From: a bacterium
GTDB taxonomy: Bacteria; Bacteroidota; Rhodothermia; Rhodothermales; UBA10348
Direction of reading: 5' to 3'
Assembly (NCBI GenBank): GCA_013204185.1
Contig: JABMOI010000004.1
Span: 5,272-69,271, forward strand
DNA: 64,000 nt
This document shows positions 55,501 through 63,641 of the stretch, in pieces. The notes under the pieces are model-generated. The model saw only the letters and a program-made list of their open reading frames with translations. It searched no databases and was not told where the DNA came from. Position numbers and translations under genes: made by a program. Each line of letters opens with the position of its first letter. Position 1 is the stretch's first letter.

Positions 55501-57137
55501 GATTTAGCTCGACCTTAGAGCCGTCCGCGGCTCCGTTCGCCATCCGCGCTTCGGGTGGTGCACAGCCGCTACTTGTCTCAGGTTCAGATGTGCTGGCAGT
55601 TCAAATAGGCCGAGTCGTGATTTCGACGGTGACTGCCGCCTCCTTGCCCGCCGGTTTGGACCATGAGGACTTTATTTCCCGGCTCCTTTTTCAGGCATCT
55701 GGCCACCAAGACCTCATTCCACTGCCCGGAGAGCTGGTGTTTGACCAACTAGTAAACACACAGCTTGAATCAGTATCGGTGACGCTTTCATGGCCGAAGT
55801 TGCCCTTCTCGAACTACGAGATTCAAGTCGCATCAAACCTAACTTTTTCTTCTCTTTTCGCGTCGGAAGTGCTGGAAACCAATCAGTATGAAGTGAGGGG
55901 ACTAAGGCGCGGCACCCAATATTTTGCCCGTGCTCGCTCCACCAATGCCAAGGGAGTTGGGAGTTGGAGTCCTACGCTGTCCTTTTTCAGCCGGCCATCG
56001 AATCAGCCACCCTTTTCTTTGGCTTCCGAAGAAGATCTTCAGGTGCTCTTAGACCGGAATGTTGCCCCGTCGCACCTTTCCTTGAGTGGGCTTTTCTCAG
56101 AACCGGAAGGAGAGGTGCTTCGATACGAAGTGGACGTGTTTCCTAGTGGGGTCTTTACAGCCCAGTTAGAGGACTCCACGCTCGTTTTTTCTGGCCTCAT
56201 ACCGGGCACAGCCTTCGCCAAGGTTAGTGCATTCGACCCCGAGGATGCCTGGGCAGCGATCACCCTTTCCGTCACAGTAAAGCCGAATATTCCGCCCGTT
56301 TACGCAGGAGTGGCTGTTTTTGAATCCAGCCTGTATATGGGCACAACGACCGATCGGCGTTTTCTAGATTCGTTTTCAGATGCCGAAGGCGATTCGCTGA
56401 CCTATTCCGTGCGCGTGCTGGATCCTTCTATTCTAGATGTTCAGCTCATGCGAGGGGTGGCGCACCTTACCCCTCTGGCTCCAGGAACAGCAACCTACAT
56501 CGTGGAAGCTTCTGACGGTTTTGAAGGAGGTACGGCCTCATTCTCAGAAATCGTGACGGTTATTCAGAATCAGCCGCCGTTGGTGGTCGCAGCGCCGCAG
56601 CCCAATGATTTTATACTGGGTGCGCAGTTTGCCCTGCCGCTCGCACCGATTTTTGAAGACCCCGAAAACGAGGGGGTCGCTTTCAGCTTACTGCGAGATG
56701 AGCTAGGAACAGCTTCCATCCGAAACGACAGTTTATTTGTCACGATGGACAAGGTTGGTCACTTTGTGGTGGAGATAGCAGGTACCGACCCTCGGCTGGA
56801 TGCCACTCCCCTCTCCCTCGAATTCACGGTCAACGACCAAGCCGCGCTAACTCTTACACTCGAAGAGGCGCCCCAGGACTTCAGCATCGCATCTATCTAC
56901 CCGATGCCATTTTCAGGCAGAACAACATTTGAAATCCACATTCCGGGCTCTGGCTCCCTCGATCTTTCTATCTATAACATGAACGGCAAGCACGTAGCCA
57001 GGGTGGTTCAGCAAGAAGTGGACGCAGGAGTATTTGAGTTAACGTGGGACGCACGTACGCTCCCAGCGGGAGTTTACTTCTACCGCGCCTCTTGGTATGT
57101 TCATGAGATTCGTGGAACGATTGTTAAACTGAATTAA
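52521..57137 (+). CDS. giant multidomain S8 (subtilisin-like) serine protease, T9SS cargo; true 5' end probably upstream of 52521
   Basis: Catalytic triad contexts GLWDAG (Asp), HATHVAGTMAA (His), GTSMAAPVVAGSALLL (Ser). After the protease come a P-domain-like segment, a CarboxypepD_reg-like segment and an FN3-like segment, then three cadherin/Ig-like repeats and a T9SS C-terminal domain (...LSIYNMNGKHVARVV...GVYFYRA...). Confidence 0.88.
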   Translation: MPTVGAAGKASDSTGTILQSLGLLGGRPLIYTTHNIKASATVGADKLNSGGASGLNLDGKGKVAGLWDAGNVLTTHRELIGRASQKDTTATGATHATHVAGTMAATGAWTIVRGMAPEAFVDSYNWIDDVPEMALAAADGLRLSNHSYGVPLGWTPNFQGDGLWGWMGDPAISERVDFHFGWYDALSAKWDAIAVAAPFYLMIKSAGNEREQQGPRDGEPHHVFDNGWEISTQVRDPDNNKNGYDTIGDAGLAKNVLTVGASESAPWGVYSATDVVMTSFSSWGPTDDGRIKPDIVAPGVMLMSAKAASDEDYGPSSGTSMAAPVVAGSALLLQEIYEREFGTAPLSSTIKGLIVHTAHESGPAEGPDYQFGWGLLNAEKAALHLNQASISSKSAAPIEPFAAKVLESSLSANTDHEWIVTVREAGPFRATLTWIDPAAEVGEAALDDPTLKLVHDLDLRVTGPDGEHYPWILDPSNPSRAAERAENRRDNVEQVFFMAQPGEYVVRVMSPPALTTPEQSFSLLIGEAESATNQTTSISGQVVQKNVGIHDVKVQIQGPKWTWFKTLKDGVFHFSDLEPGAYTIIPEDPILTFSPASVEVVLPGNPGRIVFEAEPPVELLRAELFQNPRLLHSREYEVSKPVVTAAAGGVYGLTFVFYSAKAPLIDGLKLQLDAEFDGRVMPFSGVKGNQMQELNMDWTLSAIDATHVSKRVPAIWFDGGAQVPFDAKLPYTIRTQSDQIIFADTLSIRVDRPDDMAPIPYPWFRLPGFNYAPPGAGMEVRVSYLDGSPIQNMTALMLDRDNESVILHSFPLRDSGNIGEDFDVVAGDGLFSANFTPRIEADYRLAIRARDVAGNETTFISDAYYSSVPFATKGDLLFWTTYEQGSRTKAHEAVLKGLEIEFSWWDELTRGQIKENQISAFDLLVWGRHEAPIKNEADMTLAAAHVAGGGSLVILGQNPVNDASRDWMASTFGVQFEKRIGSGRIVMGANELQGFSSTLEPSAAPFAIRASGGAQPLLVSGSDVLAVQIGRVVISTVTAASLPAGLDHEDFISRLLFQASGHQDLIPLPGELVFDQLVNTQLESVSVTLSWPKLPFSNYEIQVASNLTFSSLFASEVLETNQYEVRGLRRGTQYFARARSTNAKGVGSWSPTLSFFSRPSNQPPFSLASEEDLQVLLDRNVAPSHLSLSGLFSEPEGEVLRYEVDVFPSGVFTAQLEDSTLVFSGLIPGTAFAKVSAFDPEDAWAAITLSVTVKPNIPPVYAGVAVFESSLYMGTTTDRRFLDSFSDAEGDSLTYSVRVLDPSILDVQLMRGVAHLTPLAPGTATYIVEASDGFEGGTASFSEIVTVIQNQPPLVVAAPQPNDFILGAQFALPLAPIFEDPENEGVAFSLLRDELGTASIRNDSLFVTMDKVGHFVVEIAGTDPRLDATPLSLEFTVNDQAALTLTLEEAPQDFSIASIYPMPFSGRTTFEIHIPGSGSLDLSIYNMNGKHVARVVQQEVDAGVFELTWDARTLPAGVYFYRASWYVHEIRGTIVKLN

Positions 57138-57159
57138 ACGCCATCTTAAACACTGCCGC

Positions 57160-58077
57160 ATGAAACCCTCCTTCCTCTCCCTTCTTCTGGCTTTCGTGCT
57201 GGTATCCGGGTGCTCCCCAAGACCCAATTTTGATGAACTCGAGAGGGATCTAACCAGTCTCACCGAATCCTTCGATGGCGTTGTGGGCATCTACATCAAG
57301 GACCTTACAACGGGCGAAGAAATTACCATCCAAGCCGACACACTGTTTCCGACGGCCAGCATGATCAAGGTGCCCATCATGCTAACCATATTTGACCGGA
57401 TTGAGCGCGGTGAGTTAGCCTACCAGCAACCTCTGATTTACAAGGATTCCCTGTTCTATTCGGATGAGGACATCACGGGCGAATTTAAAGACAGTGCGTC
57501 GGTCCTTCTCTCCGAAATGGTTGAACTCTCAATCACCAACAGCGACAATACGGCGAGCTTGTGGCTACAGGAATTAGCCGGAACCGGGGTTGCCATCAAT
57601 GAATGGCTGTCTTCTCAAGGTTTCGAAGGGACTCGAATGAACTCTCGAACCCCAGATCGCAGACCCGACTGGGAAAAATACGGCTGGGGGCAAACAACCC
57701 CTCGAGAAATGGCTCAGCTCTTGGAAATGATTCGAACCGGAACGGCCGTAAGCGCAGCAGCCAGCGAGGAAATGTACCGCGTGCTAACCCGTATTTACTG
57801 GAATGACACGGCCCTATCCCAGATTCCCCCGACGGTCCAAGTAGCTTCTAAACAGGGAGCGGTTAACGCGTCAAAATCTGAAGTGGTGCTCGTAAACGCA
57901 CCTTCGGGCGACTATCTCTTTTGCGTGATCACTAAAAACCAAACTGATGAGCGTTGGAACTACGACAACGCCGGAGCTGAGCTCATCCGAGAAGTATCCA
58001 AACGTCTCTGGAATGCGTTTGAACCCAACCATCCATACACTCAAGCGAATGGGTATATGCGCTACGTTGGTCCATAA
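57160..58077 (+). CDS. class-A beta-lactamase-like serine hydrolase lipoprotein
   Basis: Lipobox LVSGC, S-x-x-K (ASMIKV), SDN (NSDNTA) and KQG in place of KTG. Begins 22 nt after the protease stop. Confidence 0.7.
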   Translation: MKPSFLSLLLAFVLVSGCSPRPNFDELERDLTSLTESFDGVVGIYIKDLTTGEEITIQADTLFPTASMIKVPIMLTIFDRIERGELAYQQPLIYKDSLFYSDEDITGEFKDSASVLLSEMVELSITNSDNTASLWLQELAGTGVAINEWLSSQGFEGTRMNSRTPDRRPDWEKYGWGQTTPREMAQLLEMIRTGTAVSAAASEEMYRVLTRIYWNDTALSQIPPTVQVASKQGAVNASKSEVVLVNAPSGDYLFCVITKNQTDERWNYDNAGAELIREVSKRLWNAFEPNHPYTQANGYMRYVGP

Positions 58078-58086
58078 GGAATCCGC

Positions 58087-59643
58087 CTACTTCAGTAGCA
58101 CGATTTGTTTGGTTTCGATTCCCAATTCGGTCTCGAGTCGGACTAAATAGGTACCCGATGTGAGCGCCGCTGCGTCAAACAAGATCGAATGTGATCCCGC
58201 CTCCACCTGCGAGCCGTTTACAAGCACCGCAACTTCGCGACCCAAGGCGTCGCTCACCGAGATACGCACTGTCATCGCGTGAGGAAGAGCATACCGAATG
58301 GTGGTTGTAGGATTGAACGGATTCGGATATGCAGGCTCTAACGACACACTCTGTGGGAGCTCAGCCTCCTCATCCGTTCCGACGGATTGGCTAATGCATG
58401 TCTGGCCCTCAATGCACACGATATACAAACCACCCGGATCACTATTCACCGCAATGGCACCGCTACGTAGGTAGGGATAATTACTCCACGTACCATCCCA
58501 GACACTCGTAAATGTGGGGGGGTGGGTATCAAAGAACGCCTTTTCAGTCATCGCAGAGGGGTTCGACACATCAAGTACGTGCAGCCCGTCAATGTAGTTT
58601 GACTGGTACAAGAGATTGCCTTTCACATACATGTTGTGATCGATACTCGTGTTGGCTGAGAAAAACTCAGTCAGCAACACTGGGTCATCCAGGTCTGCTA
58701 CGTCCCAGACCATTGTGCGCGTGTTCTTAACCAAGTTGGGCAGGCGAAGCTCATCCAGTTCGTCATTTTGGAACAGATACTTCTGATCCTCAGACAGCCA
58801 GGCCTGATGCACATATTGCGCAGAGGCATACGAAGCGACGCCAAGGAAATTTGGCTGGGCTTTATCGGTCACATCGACGATAGAAATGGCGTTTTCATTT
58901 GAACTGAAGCATACTTCCTTTCCAACATGGTCTTGGTCAGGACCTTTGTACATCACGCATTGTGCGTCATGAGTGTACCCGCGAGACGTTCTGGCATCAG
59001 AAATACAGCCAGCAAAGGTGGGTGCTTCAGGAATTCGAATATCAATAGCGTGTAGTCCGCCGCCGCACGATTGGGCGCCGCGGGAACCGACCGCATACGC
59101 AAAGCCGGACTCTTCATTGATCACGATGTTATGGGCAAACTGAATTCCGTAATACGTTGTTACTGGCAACAACACGGTTCGATCACCTGTGTGGCCCCGC
59201 AATACAGACAGGTCAATCACTTGTACGCCATAAGGCGTTGGGCCGGAATCGTTTTCGGAAACGATGTAAGCATGGTGTCCATACACTTTGATGTCTCTCC
59301 ACGTGCTGCCTTTTGTACCTGCTGTTTTGGGAATCAAGGCGATGTATTTTGGATCTGCTGGATTCGTGACATCAATCACCGAAACCCCATCTCTCCACCC
59401 GGACAGCACGACTTCCAACGGAGACTCTGAATCAGACCATCCCCAAATGTCATTGAGACCCGTAGCTTGTCCCATGTTTTCCGGTAGCACATGACCCAAA
59501 AGGGTTACCGCATTACAATCGTGTTGCTCGCCCGAAGACATAGAAGTCACCTTTCCGGCAACACATGGCACACCCTGTGCCTGCGCTGAAGAAGCAATCG
59601 TACCCAAAAAGAGTATGGACAGAAGCAGTGCTGGTAATCGCAT
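58087..59643 (-). CDS. choice-of-anchor-B / LVIVD-repeat-like beta-propeller protein with T9SS C-terminal sorting domain
   Basis: Signal peptide from ATG 59643; propeller repeats (ISIVDVTDKAQP, VWDVADLDDP, LHVLDVSNP); CTD LEPAYPNPFNPTTTIRYALP...SGTYLVRLE. Confidence 0.75.
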   Translation of the reverse strand: MRLPALLLSILFLGTIASSAQAQGVPCVAGKVTSMSSGEQHDCNAVTLLGHVLPENMGQATGLNDIWGWSDSESPLEVVLSGWRDGVSVIDVTNPADPKYIALIPKTAGTKGSTWRDIKVYGHHAYIVSENDSGPTPYGVQVIDLSVLRGHTGDRTVLLPVTTYYGIQFAHNIVINEESGFAYAVGSRGAQSCGGGLHAIDIRIPEAPTFAGCISDARTSRGYTHDAQCVMYKGPDQDHVGKEVCFSSNENAISIVDVTDKAQPNFLGVASYASAQYVHQAWLSEDQKYLFQNDELDELRLPNLVKNTRTMVWDVADLDDPVLLTEFFSANTSIDHNMYVKGNLLYQSNYIDGLHVLDVSNPSAMTEKAFFDTHPPTFTSVWDGTWSNYPYLRSGAIAVNSDPGGLYIVCIEGQTCISQSVGTDEEAELPQSVSLEPAYPNPFNPTTTIRYALPHAMTVRISVSDALGREVAVLVNGSQVEAGSHSILFDAAALTSGTYLVRLETELGIETKQIVLLK

Positions 59644-59876
59644 TGGGATCAATTTAATGGCGCTAAAAAAAGAGCATCCTGAAAGATACATTCACCAGAG
59701 TACCTTTAAACACACATTGGTTCCTGTTGAGTGGTTATTTCTATTGAAATAACACATTTCTGTACGGCATTCCCTGCCGTGAGAAAGGCACCCAACCCTC
59801 ACAATTGCGCCGCTGAATTATGCTTAATCAGCATCATAGACGTTTTTTTCCTTGGTGTAGTTCTGGGGTTGCTTGT

Positions 59877-60560
59877 ATGACTCACAAATTCAGTTTAGTC
59901 CACGTTTTAGTGGTTTTTGTTCTTGTTTTCGTTGCAGCTTGCTCATCGGATCCAACCGATCACGTGTATACCGTCAAGAATGAAGGAGCAGGTGTGGTCA
60001 TTGTGTTAGGCCATGAAGTGTCTGATTTCGAAACATGGCAAACAGGATTTGAATCCCGGCAGGGGCTTCGAGACAATTTTGGCATCGTAGTCGAGACCAT
60101 TTTACATGGCGAAGACGACCCTGAAATAGTGTGGATCATTGCCTCGGCGCCTTCGCAAGAGGTTGCAGACTCCTTTTTGGTTGACGTAGGAACTGCTCGA
60201 ACCATGGAAACAGACGGCGTCATTGGAGAAGTGTACAGCGCCGTTCTGGACAAAGGGTATACGAGCTCAATAGACCCCGCATTATATCCTGAACGCCTCA
60301 TCGTGCAGCACGCGGTGAAAGACTTTGACGAGTGGAAACAGGTATTCGATGGCCATATTGGCTCACGAGAACGAACCGGCGTGGCGGATATGTTCGTGTC
60401 CCATCCCGTTGGCGACTCCACCGACGTGCACATGATGTTTGGGATTTCCAACCCGGAAGAAGCCATAGGATATATGTCTTCCGATGCGCTCCGAATTGCC
60501 ATGAAATTGAGCGGCGTTGAGGGAGAGCCTCGAGCTTATTTTGTGCGCGTAGCACAATAA
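59877..60560 (+). CDS. lipoprotein of unknown function built from two copies of a ~95-aa domain
   Basis: Lipobox FVAAC. The halves align: HEVSDFETWQTGFESRQGLRDNFG... against HAVKDFDEWKQVFDGHIGSRERTG..., each ending in GV.GE. Confidence 0.55.
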   Translation: MTHKFSLVHVLVVFVLVFVAACSSDPTDHVYTVKNEGAGVVIVLGHEVSDFETWQTGFESRQGLRDNFGIVVETILHGEDDPEIVWIIASAPSQEVADSFLVDVGTARTMETDGVIGEVYSAVLDKGYTSSIDPALYPERLIVQHAVKDFDEWKQVFDGHIGSRERTGVADMFVSHPVGDSTDVHMMFGISNPEEAIGYMSSDALRIAMKLSGVEGEPRAYFVRVAQ

Positions 60561-60689
60561 GGCGTGGCACAAAAGTCGGAGCCCAACAAGGCGTGGCGCA
60601 ATTAGGAGTGGCACAATAACGCCCCGCCTGTGGTAGGAAATGGATTGGTTTGGTATGTTAGCACCCGAACAATTATTAGGGTGGCGCAG
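60549..60689. repeat. five copies of GTGGCRCAA-like motif upstream of and overlapping the yfcC-like start
   Basis: GTAGCACAA 60549-57, GTGGCACAA 60564-72, GTGGCGCAA 60593-601, GTGGCACAA 60608-16, GTGGCGCAG 60681-89. The first two and the next two are each spaced 15 bp apart. Confidence 0.9.
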
Positions 60690-62137
60690 TGTCTGTCTCT
60701 TTCTTCGACCGAATCAAAGTCCCGCACGTTTTTACGCTTCTGACCGGCGTAATCTTGTTTTCCAGCTTGCTCACTTGGGTTATTCCGTCTGGTTCGTATG
60801 AGCGAGTACCCATGCAGGTGGGGTCGATGGAGCGAAACGTCATTGTGCCTAATAGCTACACCCAGACCCCAAAGCACTATGCTCTTGATGGCATTCTCTT
60901 GTCTAATTCTGTTGAAGGGGCCGCTTCTCCGGTAAGTGCCCAGGGCTTTCTTAGCGCTATTCCTAGGGGCATGGAGGCCGCTGCGGACATCATCTTTTTT
61001 ATCTTTGTGGTGGGCGGCGTCTTTGGCATTTTGCAGCGTAGTGGCGCCATTGTCTCGGGCGTTCATTCTCTCCTGACGCGGTTCAGGCACTCCGGGACGT
61101 TACTCATTGTATTATTAATGTCTGCCATCGCAATTGGCGGCTCGACGCTGGGAATGGGCGAAGAGTTTATCCCACTTGTCCCCCTCTTTCTTATCGTTTC
61201 AAAAGAGCTTGGCTACGACCGAGCCTTCGGACTCGCACTCGTTTTTGTGGCAGCTGAAACGGGCTTTGCAGCCTCGACAACCAACCCCTTCACGGTTAAC
61301 ATTGCCCAAGGCGTCGCCGAATTGCCGCTAAATAGCCTGCTCGGGTTTCGCTCTCTCTTTCTTTTGTGTGCTTTGGCAGTGACGCTAACATATGTACTCC
61401 GCTACGGCGCCCGCGTGAAAGCGGATCGGTCTAACTCCGTAATGCCAAACGACGCGTTCATATTGCAAGACACGGGATTAGAGGTAGAGGCATTCAATGC
61501 GCGTCACCGATGGATTTTGCTTTCGTGCGTCGCCATCTTTGGATTTGTTCTCTATGCCGTGCAGGCCTATGGCTGGTGGATGGCCGAAATGGGAGGAGGC
61601 TTCCTGCTCATGGGCATCGTGGCCATCTTCATTTCACGAATGAAACTGTCCGAAGCGGCTAGTGCCATGGCAAAGGGCATGGAAGAAATGGTGGTTGCGG
61701 CCCTCGTTGTCGGGTTTGCCAGGGGCGTACAAGTGGTGCTGGACGATGCGCAGGTGCTAGATACCATTGTGTTCTATGCAGCCAACCTGCTACAAAATTT
61801 TTCAACGTATGTGGCCGCCATCGGCATGTTCGCCTTCCAGTCCTTTTTGAACTTTTTTATCCCTTCAGGCTCAGGCCAAGCAGCGGTTACCATGCCCATT
61901 ATGGCCCCGTTGGCGGACGTGCTGGGGCTTTCCAGGCAAGTCGCAGTGTTTGCATTTACCTGTGGCGATGGCCTTTCTAACACCATCATTCCAACATCCG
62001 GCATTTTGATGGCTATGTTGGGACTCGCTGGCATCCCGTACGATCGCTGGCTAAAGTTCATGTTTCCCCTCTTCCTGCGGCTTTCGCTCTTGGCTGCCCT
62101 CTTTCTTACCGCCATGGTAGCGTTTGGAATCGAGTAG
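60689..62137 (+). CDS. YfcC-family (C4-dicarboxylate anaerobic carrier-like / putative basic amino-acid antiporter) membrane transporter
   Basis: GTG start; FFDRIKVPHVFTLLTGVILFSSLLTWVIPSGSYER N-terminus and ~11-12 TM helices, typical of YfcC/DcuC-like proteins. Confidence 0.8.
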   Translation: MSVSFFDRIKVPHVFTLLTGVILFSSLLTWVIPSGSYERVPMQVGSMERNVIVPNSYTQTPKHYALDGILLSNSVEGAASPVSAQGFLSAIPRGMEAAADIIFFIFVVGGVFGILQRSGAIVSGVHSLLTRFRHSGTLLIVLLMSAIAIGGSTLGMGEEFIPLVPLFLIVSKELGYDRAFGLALVFVAAETGFAASTTNPFTVNIAQGVAELPLNSLLGFRSLFLLCALAVTLTYVLRYGARVKADRSNSVMPNDAFILQDTGLEVEAFNARHRWILLSCVAIFGFVLYAVQAYGWWMAEMGGGFLLMGIVAIFISRMKLSEAASAMAKGMEEMVVAALVVGFARGVQVVLDDAQVLDTIVFYAANLLQNFSTYVAAIGMFAFQSFLNFFIPSGSGQAAVTMPIMAPLADVLGLSRQVAVFAFTCGDGLSNTIIPTSGILMAMLGLAGIPYDRWLKFMFPLFLRLSLLAALFLTAMVAFGIE

Positions 62138-62181
62138 TGCCTCCCACCCATTCGCCACATCCCACCTTTTTGCCGCCTCCC

Positions 62182-62424
62182 ATGACCATCATAACGAAGG
62201 AGAACCTGGATACGCTCGAAGTATACTGTTCTTGCGGCCACAATCTCAAAAGTGTCTGGATTAGCCCGCGAGCCAAGCATAGGCCTATCAAATTTTGGTA
62301 CGCTATCTTTTGGGGTGTTTCAGGTGGAAAACCCGATCGCATCGAGTGGGCATGCCGGCTGTGCCATGAAGTGGTTGGAGAATCTACAGATCCGGAACAC
62401 TTGCTTCATTACAGACATACCTGA
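62182..62424 (+). CDS. small Cys-containing hypothetical protein (possible zinc ribbon)
   Basis: MTIITKENLDTLEVYCSCGHNL...WACRLCHEVVGES carries CxC...CxxC pairs. There is no other support. Confidence 0.3.
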   Translation: MTIITKENLDTLEVYCSCGHNLKSVWISPRAKHRPIKFWYAIFWGVSGGKPDRIEWACRLCHEVVGESTDPEHLLHYRHT

Positions 62425-62496
62425 GTTCTATTTGGCAGTTGCACCCCTCTGCCTACAGCCCGCGACCTAACCAGAGCCCTCGACCCGCCCGTATCC

Positions 62497-63384
62497 ATGC
62501 CAGAAAACAGAACGTATTCGGAAGAAGAGATAGCTGCTTTGCTTCAACGCTCAGCTCAATTGCAGGCTGACGACGCTCGATCCGAAAAAAAGTCCCAATC
62601 CGCCGGTCTGACACTCACCGAACTGGAAACAATCGCCACAGAATCGGGCCTAGATCCCTCTTATCTGCACCGTGCTGCCCTTGAAATGGAGGTGTCCAAG
62701 GGTAAGCCGTCCATGCCCAAAAAGTCAGATACTCACATCTACGTAGATCGCGTTTTTTCAGGCGAGTTGACCGATGAGATCTGGGAAGAGATTGTCTTTG
62801 AGCTGCGCCGTAAGTACGAATCTAGTTCGTCAGATTTATATGGATCTACCCTAGGAAAAGGTATTACGGAGCAAATTGGTCGGTCTAGAGAATGGCGTAT
62901 TACGAGTTTCTCTGGAGTCCAAACAATCGTATTGTTTCGACCGGCCAAAAAAGGAACGCGAGTGGAGCTCAGCCAACGTGTAGGTGTTGCAAGTACCAAG
63001 GTTGAGTCTATTCTGTACGGCGCTTTTACCGCCTTTTTCCCGGCGCTCATCGCCTTGGCTGCTACGAAATCCTTGGCTTGGGGAAGCGCTTGGCTTTTAG
63101 CGCTAACGGCCCTTTTAATTCCCGTCGTGTACTACTTAGACACGTTGTGGAGAAATAAAAAACTGCGCCAACTGAACGAAACGGGCGACCGCCTGATTGA
63201 AATGATGGAAAACCGTCTGGCTGAGGGGTCATCAAATGCTGTTCCTTTGGAGGCTTCGACCGGTGGGGATTCTCTTCGCGGGGACACGATCCAAGAACAC
63301 AAAGAAGCTTCCAGACTAGATATTCCCGAGTTGGAAGAACCTCATTTGGACCCCGTCTCTACTCGTTCACGCGCAAAAGAGTAG
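62497..63384 (+). CDS. hypothetical membrane protein (2 TM) with helical N-terminal repeats
   Basis: SEEEIAALLQRSAQLQ and LTLTELETIATESGLDPSYLHRAALEME motifs, two adjacent TM helices (residues ~175-215) and an acidic tail. Confidence 0.5.
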   Translation: MPENRTYSEEEIAALLQRSAQLQADDARSEKKSQSAGLTLTELETIATESGLDPSYLHRAALEMEVSKGKPSMPKKSDTHIYVDRVFSGELTDEIWEEIVFELRRKYESSSSDLYGSTLGKGITEQIGRSREWRITSFSGVQTIVLFRPAKKGTRVELSQRVGVASTKVESILYGAFTAFFPALIALAATKSLAWGSAWLLALTALLIPVVYYLDTLWRNKKLRQLNETGDRLIEMMENRLAEGSSNAVPLEASTGGDSLRGDTIQEHKEASRLDIPELEEPHLDPVSTRSRAKE

Positions 63385-63641
63385 TCATTCTTGCCAGCAG
63401 AGCTGGCTTACGACCCTCTTTTTTTGGCAAATTTAGCCGTTTGTGTTACCAAATCGTTATCTGAATGTTACCATTTTCATCGGTAACACTGTCTTAATGT
63501 TTGCTCGGTACGTTTTGGGCGTCACTATTGTATGTCACCCGAAACCCATTTCGCTTCGCCGCCAGCCGTCCTTCATCCTGAAGCCGACCTTGCTAGGCCC
63601 CTGCGAAGCCTCTAATACCACATTTGAGCACGCTCACAACT

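Noticed and set aside
60562-60620. Sigma-54 promoter(s) suggested by repeated TGGCAC
   Set aside because: None of the copies has a TTGC(A/T) element 4-5 nt downstream (TGGCACaaaagTCGG, TGGCGCaattaGGAG, TGGCACaataaCGCC). No bacterial enhancer-binding protein gene is nearby.
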